In this document: positions 1 through 14,120 of the stretch, piece by piece
How the letters are laid out: each line of letters opens with the position of its first letter
Numbering within the stretch: position 1 is the first letter of the stretch
Assembly (NCBI GenBank): GCA_001179505.1
Contig: CDMY01000383.1
Location: forward strand, 26,816 to 90,815
Origin: Vitrella brassicaformis CCMP3155
Taxonomy: Eukaryota > Protista > Chromerida
Reading direction: 5' to 3'
DNA length: 64,000 bases
Notes under the pieces: model-generated
The model's database searches: none
What the model was told of the DNA's origin: nothing
What the model saw: only the letters and a program-made list of their open reading frames with translations
Made by a program: the position numbers and the translations under genes

Positions 1-1702
1 CTGGCATCTGGTTGGTCCGGTTTGAGGTGGTGTGCCGTCAGAAGAGTTTCCACTCCTCGTTGAATCATTGAATAAACTCGGAAGTTGGGCAAGGCGTGTC
101 CCCTGTAGTCCCCCATCCACACGACATGATGCACATGCATTCGCACACACCACACACGACACGAACCCTCAAGAAGAGGGTCGAAAAACTCGGCATGCAA
201 CTACCACGGACACTCACCAGCCGGCCAACCGGACCACACAAAGTGGGGTCGGCCATCGAAAGACTTTTCCTTTGGAGAGACACACACACACGCACACACA
301 CACGCACACACGCATGACACAGTGATCTCAGCTCTTCTGCGTGTTTCGGCCAGAAGCTGCCCCACCCACCCAGCCATCGCCACCCCCCGACCCATGCCCC
401 CATGCTACGTCATCCGTCCACCACGTGCAGTGCAATGGCACGTACATCCATCCGTACACAATGCTGCTGCCTACTGCAGTGCGCCTACTTTTGGCAGCAA
501 AAACTCATAAAAGAAAGACAACCAGACATTCAGACAGGCCTGCAGGAAAAGGGATGTGAAAAGAAAAACGGAAAGAAAATCGATCGCGATGCAAAAAGCG
601 GACAGCCAGGCATGTAGATGAAAAAGCGATACGATCGACCACCACCCCACCCCACCCCACCACACCACACCTACACCCACACCTACACGCAACATACCCG
701 CCCCCCCGTTCGTGTCGCCTTCCTCCTTGCACGTCTGCAAGGCTGTACTTGTTTAGAGTACATATGTATTGCCCACCAAATACAGTATTGGGTGTCGATG
801 CACATCCATCACGACAAGAGAGAGTATGACAAGGGAGATGGGAGGTGGTGGCACATATACGAATGAGGGCGACACGCCTAGACATGGATGACCAGCGACC
901 ACCTACCACCTAGGAAAGATCCGTACTAATCAGACAGTCTAGTCAGTCGACCCGAGAGCAGAACCATCTGACGGCATGCGATTAGCGCACCGACAGAGTG
1001 GACGATACGAGACGAGATGAGTGTGTGTGTTTGTGTATGTGTGTGTGTATGCAGAGAAAGGGATCACACGTGAGCCTGTCCGTCTATACGTACGATGTGT
1101 CTTCCTATGCTACGTACCCTACAACACAGAGAAAGGAAGGAGGGAGGGCGACCACGACCACGACCACACAGAAGCGACCTGCTTCGATAAAGACATGCAC
1201 GTCGCGCACTCGCGAACACAGAAGAAAGGCGGCCCCCCCGTGTCTTCTCTCTCCCCTTTCTATCTCCCCTCCCTCCCTACAGACGGACCTACTGCACAAG
1301 ATCGATCTATCGATACACTTCGGTACACTCAGAGAGCGTGGTTGTGCATGAGAGAGTGAGTGTGTGAGCCAAGTGCCAGCCCGGCCATGGTGAGTATCGA
1401 CACGCGCACGAGGCGCCAATCAAGCACCCGACCCGACGGCCGGTGTGGTACACGTACACAAGCAAGCTACGTCGAGAAAGGAGTGAGTGGAGGGCACTTG
1501 CACCATGCATACAGACAAATGAGAACGTCAAAACTGGACGGAAAAAGGACAAGTGAGCCTGCCCTCTATCCATGATAGTCAGCCACATGCATGCAATCCA
1601 TGAGATGCAATCAACACACACATGAACCAACGAACGAACGAACCACCATCACATGCATCACCCACTCCCCCCATTGTATGCACATGCATATGTACGACCC
1701 CG

Positions 1703-4700
1703 TCACGGGTGCGTCATGCTGACAATACCCCAGGTCTTCTCGGTTCCCGACTGGTTGACCTCCCTGACGTTCTGGGCCCACTCCACGTGCCCGTCCCACA
1801 GCACGCCCGCCTCCTCGTCCTCGTCCATGTGCACGCCCCACGGCAGCGCACCCAACGCACCCAGCTGCCGCCGCCCCGTACCCGTGCCCAGGTGCCGACC
1901 GATGACATTGAGCGGGTGGGGCGAGCCCGGCGTCTCCTGCCTTGGCGGGATCTGCAGCGACGGCTCGGTGGTCTTCTCGGCCTCTGTGGGGCTCTCGATG
2001 ACCACCCCACTGTCGGGCTTGCCGAGTGCGGTGTCGGTCTTGCAGTCGACCCCCGGGAGGGTGAGAGTGACTTGGGGGGAGCGGCCGGAGCGGCGGGCCG
2101 AAACAGGGGGCGAGAGGACGTGCAGGTGGGCCTCTGCGCAGCTGTCGAGCTCGATCTTGGCGTGCTTGTGGTGTGTGTGGTGCACGGCCGAGTAGATGAC
2201 GGCGTCGTGCAGCGAGAGGAAGCAGTGGTCGGCCGGCACAACCTTGAAGAACTCAGCACGATCTGAGCAACGACACGCAGAACAATCGTCATCGGGGACC
2301 ATGGAAGCTGTATGGTTTTGCGTGCCCACGTACCGAGGAAGTCTCTCATGGGTCCCTTCCAGTTGGCGAAGAGCAAGTCCATCTTTTGGTCCTGGAACCA
2401 CTTGGCCAGTCGCTCGAGCATGCCCATGGACGTGGCGTCGAGCGAGTTGATGCCGCTACAGTCAATAATGACCGTGTGTGTGGCCACATCCCCGTCCCCG
2501 CCCTCCTCCTCGTCCTTGGGCGGCCTGCGATCCGATTTGCTGCCGGTGGGCTTGATCATGGTCAGCAGCTTGCTCTCAAAAAATTCCGCGTTAGAAAAGT
2601 TAAGGTCGGCGTCGAAGCGGAAGATCTTGACGCCGGGGATCTCGCGCGCAGTGGGGAAACGCTCAATCTGACGAAAGCAAAACGGCACACATGGCCCTCG
2701 CTGCCTGCCATTGTTGTGATGGTATGTGTATTGGGCCATCCATACCTCCTGGTAGCTGGATGTGCCGGGGAGGCGGCCCAGGATGGTGGCGTTTGGCCGG
2801 GCGCTTTTCTTGAGGAGCCAGAGGAGCGAGAGGACGACCGCGACGATGATGCCCTCCATGGCCCCAAGGGTGGCGGTGACGAGGAAGCACGCCGCCCAGA
2901 GGTAGAAGTCGGGGTTCTTGAACTTCCACAGACGACGGCCCTCCTGGAAGTTGATCATGCCTGATGGAGGGAGACACAGACGTGGACAGACCAAACATGC
3001 AGATCGCTCGTGTGTCGGACCGTCCGGTGTGTCACCCACAGTACCATATGTGCCGAAGAAGACGACGGACGCGAGCGCAGCGTAGGGGAGGTAGTAGAGC
3101 AGCGGGGTGATGAGCGAGAGGGTCAGGGCCACCACAGCGACGTTGGGCAGGGTGTGCAGGATGGTCTTGGCGCCGACAGATGAGACCACCCCCACCCGCG
3201 AGACGGCGTTGGCCGCTGGGAAGCACTGGAACATGGAGCCCACCAGGTTGGTCATGCCGTACGCGAGCAACTCCTGCTCAGAGTCAATGCGGTACCTGCA
3301 CACACCAACAACCATGGGCATGGGAAAAGGCCAACTGGTTGCCAATGCCTTGCCTTCCTCCCTGCCCCTGCCTGCACGTACCCGTGTTTCTTGCCGACAG
3401 TCTTCGCGACGGAAATGTGTATGATGTAGAACATGACAGCCAGGGGGATGGCCTGCTGAAACAGTTGCAGGAAGTGCGCCTTGAAGTGCGGCACGTCGGG
3501 TACGGGGAAGCCCTGCGGGATCTCGTGGAGGATCCTGAGGTTGAAGGGGGCCTCGTTGAGCTTGAACAGCCAGGTGAGGAAGGTGAAGAGGACCATGACG
3601 ATCAGCTGCCCCGGCAGCGGGAACTTCTTGAAGTAGCGGCCGTTGATCCACTTGACGAGAAACAGGATGATCAGCCCACTGACACCTGCCAACCACACAC
3701 ATACCGGGGAACTCGTGAATTGGTGGGTCGTGTGCCGTGTTCTGATCTGCGCGTGTGCGGGAGGGAGAGGGTACTGTCTGTCGTGTCTCGCTGCTATGTC
3801 TCTGTTCTGTGTTGAGTGAGACGGGCTGCTTACACATGGTGAATGCGGTCCAGTTGGTCTGGGGTATGTTGGTGAGGATGTGCCACCACTGCTCCACCTC
3901 GAAGTCCGTCCGCGGCACCGGGAATCCAAACAGATCCTTCAGCTGAGACGTGCCGATCAGAAATGCAGCACCTGCACACACACACACACACACACACAAC
4001 CATACGGATAGGTTGTCGCGATAGCACCTGCCTCTGTGTTTCTCTGCGTGGCTCACCGGTTGTGAATCCCGACAGGACGGGATCGGCGAGGAAGTCGGCC
4101 ACCATGCCCACCCGCATCAGCCGCAGCACCATGTGAGACGCGCCCACACACACCGACAAACTGATCGTCACTGGTATTCGCTCCGTCAACGGGGCGTCCC
4201 AACTGATGGGGAGGGACACAAGCACACACAGACACAAAACAGATGTGCGGGTGGGTTGGTGGGTTGTGGACTTGGTTGTGCCGCCATCGACTCACCCGAT
4301 GACGTGTGCGACGGCCTCAGCGCATAGGATGGATTCGATGGCGGACGTGCCGATGGATGCGTGGTGGAAGGTGCCGAAGAGCATGTAGATGAGGGGCAGA
4401 AACAGTTGGTTGTACAGGCCGTACACGGGGGGCATGTTGGCCAGCAGCGAGTAGGACATGCCCATCGGGATGGCCATGATGCCCTCAGCAATACCTGGGT
4501 GTGGGAGAGCAAACAAGCAAACACGAAACCAGTGCGTTCTCTCCCCTTCCATCTCCCGTGTATGTGTGTGGGTTGATGTGATGTGTGACACGTACCTGCC
4601 GTGATGTCATCGCCGAGGAAGCCGGCCTTGTACTTGGTCACGAAACCCAGGATGGGGAGGAACCGCTCCACAGTCACCTCCTTGATCTGACCACACGCAC

Positions 4701-5170
4701 ACGGACAGCGAGTGCCATCAGACGCGGATCCTCCCCCTCCCCCCTCTGTGCCCCCTCCCCCTCCTCCCTCCCTCCCAGCTCACCGATTCCTTGGCGCACT
4801 CTGCAACATAGTGGTGCGGCTTGGTGGGGGTTGGCTTCTCCTCGAGCGTCTGGAGGAAGCTCTCCGTCCGCAGCGTGATGGTCTGCTTCTCCGAGTTGGC
4901 CTTGGCGTCCTTGATGCCCGCCTTCTTGTTGTCGCCCTCCCCTCCAACACCTGCCTGTCCGTTAGCCATGACCATCGAGCTGCTGCCGCTGGGGAGGGTG
5001 GACACCATCGAGCACGACACCGACGCACCGATGTTGGACGAGAAGGTCGTGGCGTTGCCGTCATCTGACGACTCGCAGGAGGCATCTGTGACGTGTGAGG
5101 GGACTGGGGGAAGCCGCTGCACGCTGTACTTGTCCGCTGACGGGTCTGATGTCGGTTGCTGACCACCCAT
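1703..5170 (-). CDS. SLC26/SulP-family anion (sulfate/bicarbonate) transporter with C-terminal STAS domain, about 10 exons
   Basis: Spliced translation gives GDDITAGIAEGIMAIPMGMSYSLLANMPPVYGLY (SLC26 signature), FGTFHHASIG, SEQELLAYGMTNLVGSMFQCFPAANAVSR, RPNATILGRLPGT, and STAS motifs GVKIFRFDADLNFSNAEFF and VIIDCSGINSLDATSMGML. ATG at 5170, TGA at 1703-1705. All checked introns are GT-AG. Confidence 0.95.
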
Positions 5171-5446
5171 CGCTGGATCTCTGGCGCAAAACCGAGAGAG
5201 GGAGAGAGTAGAACCCCACAGCCGTTGAGAAGTTCCGTCAAACAAACACCCCCAAAACCCTACAGCCAAATCCTGCGGTTTGCGTTCTATGTAATGAATA
5301 ATGGCCGTTTCAGCACAAAGGATGACAGGCATGCTGACTGGTCATCTCACCCACATACGCAGTCGATGGTTCTGATCCTGCTCTAGGCTCGTGTGGCCGC
5401 CGTGTGGCCGCAGTGAGTGCATGCTGTTCAGCGCTGCGTTCACGCC

Positions 5447-8400
5447 ATGCAGCTGCGTTATCTGACGGTGAGCAAAGATTCTACCCCATCACATCTCTCC
5501 GTCATACAAGTGATTCATTTATTGTCTTTGCTGTGTGTCCAGAACCTGTCGCCTGCCGGCGATGGGATGCAGAAGATCACGTCTGCGTGCTGGTCGCCCA
5601 ACAGCCAGCGGCTGGCCATCGTGGCCACAGACAAGATCGTGCAGCTCTTCGATGAGTCGGGCGAGCGGCAGGACCGCTTCAGCACCAAACCGGCAGACAA
5701 GAACCAGCGCACCTATGTGGTGCGGGCCATGGCTTTCTCGCCTGACTCGACCAAGCTGGCGATAGCCCAGTCCGACAACATCGTGTTTGTGTACAAGCTG
5801 GGGTCCGATTGGAAGGACAAGAAGTCCATCTGCAACAAGTTCCAGCAGACGGCCAGCGTCACTTGCCTCACCTGGCCCCAGGCACACCCCAATGAGGTCG
5901 TCTTTGGCCTCACCGAGGGGCGTGTCAAGGTCGGCCAGCTCAGGACCAACAAGGCCGCCACGTTGTTCCAAACAGACAGGTCAGCAAGAAGGCAGGCAGG
6001 CTCGGAGGCACTTGTTTCTCATCTAGAATGGCCGTCTTCTGTTCCTCAGCTTTGTGGTGTCGCTGTGTTCGTCGCCCGACGGCCACTCCATCCTGTCGGG
6101 CCACCTGGATGGTTCCATCTATCGGTTCTCGTTTGAGACGGACACGTCGGGCGCATCGCATCAGAAGGTGGCCAGCTTCGGGACGCCAGTGACGGCCCTG
6201 GAGTGGGGGGCGGGCATCGTCGCCGCTGGCAACACGGGCGTCGTCAGGTTCTACGACTCGACAGACGGACGAGAGGTGCGTGCGCAATGGGCAGGAAGAA
6301 CATTTGATGCTTCCGTGATCGATCATGGTGTTTGTTGCTCAGGTGCGGAATTTTGACTACTCCAACGATACGTCGGTCAAGGAGTTTACGTGTGCGGCCT
6401 TCAACCCGAGCGGCGAGAGTGTCGTGCTGGGCAACTACAACCGCATCATGGTGTATGCCTACAAGCAGAGGACGGCCCCGCAGCGGCGCGGCGGGCCCCT
6501 GGCGCGCGGGCAGCCACACGTCATCCAGGAGTGGGAGGAGGTGGTCAGCAAGATCATACCCAACCTCTACACCGTCACGGCACTCTGCTGGAAGCCTGAT
6601 GGCTCACGTCTTGTGGTCAGACAGCGAAAGGAGAGGTCGGTGAGTGGGCTTATCTGTCTTGTTGTCCTGTCCTGTCTGGTTGGGTAGGTAGGATCGTTGT
6701 GTGGGTCAGTGGACGTGTTTGACGCGTGCATCCGGCGGGCGAGGTACAAGGGCATCTTCGACTTCACCTACATCGCAGCCAGCCAGGTAGACGGATGGAA
6801 GGTGACCGAACCTCTGGTGCCATAACATTGTGTTGGTGTATGTGTGGGTCAGGTGATCGTTCGCAACAGCAAGACCGGCGGGAGCGCCATGGTCAGGTCG
6901 TCTGCGGGATACGAGATCAAGAAGCTCAATGTCTTCCAAAACAGGTGAATGATCCGGCACGCACTCATACGCACAGCCACCCAACACTCAGACAAGCGAG
7001 CTGCCTTGGTGTATAGGTACCTGGTTGCCAACACGGTGGCGTCTCTGCTGTTGGGTGATTTGGAGACGGGCAAGACGTCCGAGATAGTGTGGCCTGAGAG
7101 CGGCGGCGAGAAGTTCTACTTCGACAACCCAAATGTCTGCATGGTCTTCAGGGTACCACAGCCCCCCACATGACCCCCACGCGAAGGAACGGTGTATCAT
7201 GATGCTGGTGCTGGTTGCAGGCGGGTGAGCTGTCACTGGTCGAGTACGGCAGCAATGAGGCGCTGGGCTCGGCCCGCACCGAGCACATGTCGCCGCACCT
7301 CATATCGGTCCGCATCGACAAATACGGCGCCAGCAAAATGGTTGGACGGACCACATAGCCTGCCTGCTTGAGTGGATGGAAGCACCTGTCGGTCGGTTCT
7401 GCCGTGTGTGGGGTGGGCAGAAGGGTTCTGGTGGTGGCCCGCTGAAGCTGATCGCCTACCTGCTGGACCTGCAGACCATACGGTCGGTACACACGCACAC
7501 ACACACGGAGGAGGCATGTACGCAACCGTATGTGTGTGTGGCGCTTGCTGTCTGGTCTGCACGTCAGGATATCAGATCTGTCGAATGGCCAGACGCTGGC
7601 CACTGTCAACCACGACTGTCGCATCGACTGGCTGGAACTCAACCCCGCGTATGTGACCAACACCCATCACCATGCCAGTCCAGTCCACGACCCCCATGTG
7701 TGTGTGCATGCTTCCTTCCTTCTCTTTCAGTGGTGATCGGTTGCTGTTCCGCGACCACCGCCGTCAGCTGCACCTGTACACGTTGGAGAAGCAGAGCCGC
7801 ACCACCCTCCTCAACTACTGCAACTACGTCCAGTGGGTGCCCGACAGCGATGTCGTCGTCGCGCAGAACAGACAAAACCTCTGCGTCTGGTGAGTGAGTG
7901 GATCGGAGTGGTAGGCACCAAAGCATGTGTGATGTGTGTCATTCATGGTCATCCGTGTTGCGGCTGTCTGTCTGCAGGTATTCGATAGAGGAGCCCGACC
8001 GGGTGACCATGACTGAGATCAAGGGCGACATAGAAGACATCGAGAGGACCAAAGGTAGGTCATCGAGGGCGGGGGAGGTTGCAGACGATGGACCGCATGC
8101 TTGTCTTGTGTGTGCAGGTCGGACGGTTGTGTTGGTTGACGACGGCGCGGGGAAGCAGGAGTACGAACTCAACGAGGCACTCATCTCGTTCGGCGGATGC
8201 ATTGAAAGGAGACTCTTCGGACAGGCACGCAAACATACCCACACACTGCACACGCGTGAACACATTTGACGCATCCTCTCTCGTCAGGCTGTGGTGCTGT
8301 TGAGTGAGCTGGCCCTGACGGCCGAGACGGAGGCCCTGTGGCGGCAGCTGGCTGAGGCAGCACTCGACGATGATGCGCCCAAGCTGTCGGTCGCACAGAG

Positions 8401-11400
8401 CTGCTACGCCGTGCTCGGGGACGTTGCCAAGGCTACGTATCTCCAAAAAGTGCGGCGGAAGGGCTCTCTGTAGTGTATCTGTCCGTCCCGCCACCCATCT
8501 CCCTCTGTGTTTGTCAGGTGAATGCGATTGTCAAATCCCATGCCGCTGAGTTTGGGGGCGACGGAACCAGATACTACCTCGTCCAGGCAAAGTGACCCTT
8601 CCACACGCAGAGGCATCGATCGCATCTCGCTCTGGATGGATGGATGGATGTGTGCAGGCTGGCGATGTTGTCGAAGCAGTTTCAGCGTGCCGAGGCATTG
8701 CTGCTGGACCACAACGACCTCGAGGGCGCCATGACCATGTACCAAGAGCTGCACAGGTGGGTGGGTGGGGTGGCTGCAGTGCAGTGCAGTGGTGTGCTGT
8801 ATGCACGCATCGCTCACGTATATATATTCATGTGCAGGTACGACGAGAGCATCCGTCTGGCTGAGAAGAAGAACCACCCCGACGTGCAGCAGCTCAAGCT
8901 GCACTTCCTGCAGTGGCTCATGTCTACTGGACAGGTGGGCTCAGGACAAACCAAGCCCACAGATCCACTTGTTTGACTCAAGCTGCCTACGCTTGTCTGT
9001 GTGTGAGTCACACATGTCAGGAGGAGAAGGCTGGCGAGTTGCAGGAGCGTGAGGGCAACTACTTCAAGGCCATCGAGCTGTACGTCAAGGGCGGCCTCCC
9101 CGCCAAGGCGGCCATGGTCGTCAACAGACACTCGGCATCCTACTCGCCGGAGCTGCTGCAGCGGATCGCCAGCGCCCTCACTGCCAGCGGCATGCACGAC
9201 AAGGCGGGGGAGGTCTTCGAGAAACTCGGCATGATCAATCCAGCCATGGACTCTTACAGGTACACATCCACGCGCACATTTCACCCACTCTGTAATGCTG
9301 GTGCGTGTGTCTGTCTGGAGTCAGGAAGGGTCATGCGTTCCGCAAGGCGGTTGAGTTGGCCAAGGCGTCCTTCCCCGGGCTGGTCGTGACGCTAGAGGAG
9401 GAGTGGGGCGACTGGCTGGTGACGCAGAAGCAGGTCGACGCCGCCATACAGCACTTCATCGAGGCGGGCTGCTCGCAGAAGGCCATCGAGGCCGCCATGG
9501 CCGCCAGACAGTGGAACAAAGTCAGTGAGCGAAGCCGTGGCGAGCGGGCCATTCACCTGAGGAATGACGTCTCGATACGTGCGTGTGTGTGTGTGTGTGT
9601 AGGCTGAACAGCTGCTGGAGTCGTTGAGGGACCCGACGGTGGCGCAGCCCTTCTACATCAAGATCGCCCAGCACTACGCCGCCGCCAAACAATACGAGAA
9701 CGCAGAACGATTCTACATCAAGGTAGATCCAGCCTCCCTCACACACGCACCCGCAGGCACCAACACATGAATGAGTAATTCCGTGTGCGCATCTATGCAG
9801 GCCGACCGTCCGTACGATGCCGTGGCCATGTATGTGGAGACCAACCACTTCGACCGCGCCAACCGTGTGGCCAAGATGCACCTCTCCGCCGCAGACATGA
9901 AGGAGCTCTACTCGTCCATGGCAAGGAAACTAGAGGGACAGAACAAACTCAACGTACGCACACAAGCATGACATTCAGCAGCGCATCATGAAATTACGCG
10001 TGTCTGTGTGGTGTGGATGTCTGGTGTGTAGGAGGCAGAGTTGGCGTACGTGTCGGTGCAGGAGTACGACTTGGCCATCAACATGTACAAGAAGCGCGAG
10101 GACTTCGAGCAGATGCTCCGACTCGTCGCCAAGTACCGCCGAGAACACCTACTTGACTCGTACAAGCTGGTCGCCGAACACATGGAGAGAAAGGGAAACC
10201 TCAAGGCCGCCGAACACTACTACATCGGTAAAGGAAGAAGCAAGATAGCCGGAAGTGCACAGCACAGCACAGCACAGCACATCGCCATAAGTGAATGTGT
10301 GTGTTCAATCAGAGGCCCGTGCGTGGCAGAATGCGGTGCAGATGTACCGTCAGCTAGACCGGTGGGAGGACGCGCAGAGGGTGGCCAAGCTCCAGGGCGG
10401 CCAGGGCGCATTCCAGAAGGTCGTCCTCGCACAGGCACACGAAGTCTCGAAGACACACGGGCCGGACGCTGGCGCACAAGTGCTCATCAAGGTGGGTGTG
10501 GGGGAGTGAGTGAGGGAGGGAGGGAGGGAGGGAGGAGTAGGGGACCATGCGTTGTCGTGTGTGTGTCAGCATGGTCTGGTAGAGGTGGCGATTGACTACG
10601 CCCTGCAGCACAACAACTTCGACCATGCGATCGAGCTCGCCCAGACCTCGGCACGACACAAGGCAAGCATCTCGAATGCGCCGACCGCACCCACATACAC
10701 TCATCGCCGATTGACGACCGGTCTCTGTGTGTGTGTATGTGGTCTGGTGGACGGCACGAATCGAATCAGCTTCCCGACATCTATCTGAAGAAGGCGCTCA
10801 TGTACGAGGACCAGGAGGAGTTCAGACTCGCAGAGGAACAGTTCATCATGGTACCCATCCATCCATGTGGACATTCATCAGGCCGGCCAGGCCAATGCAC
10901 ACTCTTTTTGTATGTCATCAGGCCGGGAAGCCCAAGGAGGCGGTCGACATGTACATGCATCAGCACGACTGGGTTTCTGCCATGAGGGTAGCAGACGCAC
11001 ACGACAGGTCGCTCGTCACAGAGGTCATGATGGGACACGCCAAGGACCTCTCGGACCAAAACCAGTTCCAGGTAGGTACCTACCTGTTGGACCATTCTCA
11101 CAATGAGCATGGAGTGAAGTAAATGGTGTGCGTCTGTGTGTGTTTTCAGGCAGCTGAGAATCTGTTCATCAGTGCCCAGAAGCCCGAGATGGCGATATCG
11201 ATGTACACGGGGCGCAACATGATCAACGAGGCCATCCGCGTGTGCAAGAAGCACTGCCCCCACCTGCTGTGGGAGGTCATGGCCACCTACGGACCCCAGT
11301 CACGACCCGGCGGCGGCGCACAGAGGGGCGGCAGCGTCGAGGAGACACTTGAAACAGCAAAGGTGGCCATGGCGAAGACGCCGCTTGCGTGGCCGTGTGT

Positions 11401-13674
11401 GTGGATGGATGGATGGATGGAGGATGTGTGTGTTGTGCAGGCCTACGAGGAGGCGGGTCAGTGGGGCTACGCCATTGATGCGTATCTGTCCATCACCTCG
11501 AGCGTGCTGCCAAACCCAGACAAACTCGAGGAGATATGGGAAGCCGCGGTCAGACATCAGACCAACCACACACACCCCAACCCACTAGACACGTACCTCG
11601 GCCGTCTCCCTTACTGTGTGTTCTGCAGATCCGTTTGGCCATGACCAACGTACGTGACAGGTACCCCTCAGTGGTGCGTGACGTCGCCGCCCGCCTGCAG
11701 GCCATCGACCGCCTGGAAAGCGCCGGCGATCTGTACGAGTCCATGAACCAGTACCGTGAGGCGGTGCAGTGCTACGTGGCTGTCGAGTCATGGGACCGCG
11801 CCAAGGCCGCGGCGAGCGCCGCGGGCACCTCTGACCTGCTGGTGTGGGTGGAGGAGGAGCACAAGAGGGCCCTGGTCAAAAGGCAGGACGGCGAGTCGCT
11901 GCTCAAGCAGGGGGAGCTCACCACCGCACTCGACCTCTATGCCAGGAGTGGCGAGTGGGACAAGTGCCTCGCACTCGCCGAACAGTCGGCTCCCCAGCTG
12001 CTGCCACATTACGTGCTTCAGAATGCAAAGGTGACTGGGTGGGTGGGTGGATGAAGGCATGAGGACATCAATGCAGGTGTTGGCATGTGATGCAGGTGCT
12101 GGTGAAGCAGGGCGAGATGGTCCAGGCGGCGCAGCAGCTGGTGCGGCACACCCGGTCGCTCATATCCCTCGTCAATGCCCCGCCCACCTCACAGCAGGCA
12201 CCTGCACAGAACATCTTCCCCCTGGTCAAACTCATCACCGAGCAGCTCCTCAGCGCGCAAGAGGCGCTCCCCTCCACACAAATACTCAAGGAGCTGCTCG
12301 TCAGGTCAGAGAATGGCCTACACAGAGGCATGGATATGGTGCATACCGATGCGTGTGTGTCCGTGTCCGTGTCCGTGTGTCCTAATAGGGTGCTGGGTGG
12401 TGCCAGCGGTTCGTCATCACTGAGTCTGGCCCAGGTGCAGGCGCTTCAGAGCCCCGCCGCGAGCGAGTTCCAGAAGCACCTCATGCTCGCACACCTCATG
12501 ACCACATACGTACGTACGCAACACAGCGCAACATCTATCGGCACACAGGTCAGGTGTGTGGCGCACCGTGTCTGTGCGTATGTCTGTCTGGCAGGCTTTG
12601 TGCAAGCAGCGGGCCAACAATGGGCTGAGGGAGGTGTGTGCCAAGCAGGCAGTGGCCATGCTGAGGTGGGGTGGGCAGAGAGCCGGCATGGAGGGAGGGA
12701 TACTCACTCGCCACACAGGTAGGTGCCGTGGAATATCTGAGATGGATGGCAGGTATTGCACCGAGTTGCCAGCGGACAAGGCCTTCTACGACGCCGGCGT
12801 GGAGTGCAAGAACGTCGGATGGATCAGCATGGCATTCACGCTCTTCAACAGGTAGCTACATACGCAGGCAGGCAGGCAGGCCAGGTCGACATGCATGAAC
12901 ACCAGTGACACAGACATGCATGAACACCAGTGACACAGACAGACCTTGTTGCTTATGGCGTGTTTGTGCTGTGTGTGGTGTGTGAAGGTACTTGGACATT
13001 GCTGAGGCGATAGAGGACCCCGACAACTCGACCATAGACAACACCGACTTCGAGGACAGCGACATCCCCACACCATATGACCTCAACCTGCCGGAGCGAC
13101 AATCGCAGTAAGTACGCACAAATCACCCCCACACAACACAACACACACACCAGTCCAATTGGTGGATGGGCGGTGTGTGCTGTGCAGGTCTGCGTCGACC
13201 AAGGACGAGGTGAAGGATCTGGTCTTGAGTTGGAGTGTCGACGCCAACATAGAGAGCGGCCTGCAGAAGAGGCAGTGCAACAGCTGTCAGGGCGACATGT
13301 ACTTTGCCTCACTACGCGGCCCCTGCGGCGCGCAATACGAAATGTGCTGCGTCACAGGTACGCATGGCATTCACTACACAGCACAGCACACGGACGGACA
13401 AGCCACCGAAGGCAAGCGCCTGCTGTGTTGCGTGACGTGAACGGTGTCTGTCTACAGGGTTCCCCGTGAGCCCGGCGGATCGCGTGCAGTGCTCCACATG
13501 CCAGAGCCCTGCAAACAGGTAGGTGATGATTCAGACAGCGACTGCTGTGTATCTGGGGGGAACGTGTGTGTGAATGTGGCGATTGCATTGCATTGCAGGT
13601 CTGACTGGAATGCGTATGTGTTGACTTTTCACCAGTGCCCGTGGTGCAGCGCCCCCCAGAACCCCGCGTACTAA
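5447..13674 (+). CDS. IFT172: Intraflagellar transport protein 172 (WD40 propellers + TPR solenoid + Cys-rich C-terminus), about 35 exons
   Basis: N-terminus [59 protein letters not shown], plus [53 protein letters not shown] and [10 protein letters not shown], all recognisable IFT172 motifs. TAA at 13672-13674. Two introns need GC donors. Confidence 0.97.
12888..12937. repeat. Perfect 25-bp tandem duplication inside an IFT172 intron
   Basis: GACATGCATGAACACCAGTGACACA x2. Confidence 0.95.
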
Positions 13675-14070
13675 TCGAGAGCCGTGGGGTGCCTGGGTGC
13701 CATGTAGTTGGTAAAGGGAGGGAGGGCCTCACGGATTGTGATAGCGGGATGGCGCTGCGTGGGTATGCGATTGCGTGTGAGCTCTGTCGGTCGGTGGTGT
13801 GCAGTCGCTCCCTATCTGTTTGTCTGACTGTGTGTCCGTCTGTAGTCGTCTTGTCGGTAGTGTGTACAGACTGACAAACTGACAGACTGACTGACTGCAG
13901 CGGAATGAATGGATGGAACCATGTCAGTCGCGGCAACATCCATATTTCAGTCAGCGTCTTGCATTGCATTGCATTAAAGGTACACGCATGAGATAGATGC
14001 ATAAATACATACACACATGCAATGCAATGCATCCGACACACCGGGTCAGCGAGCAACCAACGACATGCAA

Positions 14071-14120
14071 TGCACTCACTCTGGCAGGGCGGGCCGGCCC
14101 GCCATGTCAGAGTGAGTGCA
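14071..14120. repeat. 50-bp near-perfect palindrome
   Basis: TGCACTCACTCTG-GCAG-GGCGGGCC|GGCCCGCC-ATGT-CAGAGTGAGTGCA: 13-bp outer arms and 8-bp inner arms are perfect, with one mismatch and one G-T pair between them. Confidence 0.95.

Noticed and set aside
13250-13674. Cys-rich zinc-finger-like IFT172 C-terminus as a novelty
   Set aside because: A Cys-rich/U-box-like C-terminal region is an expected feature of IFT172 proteins.
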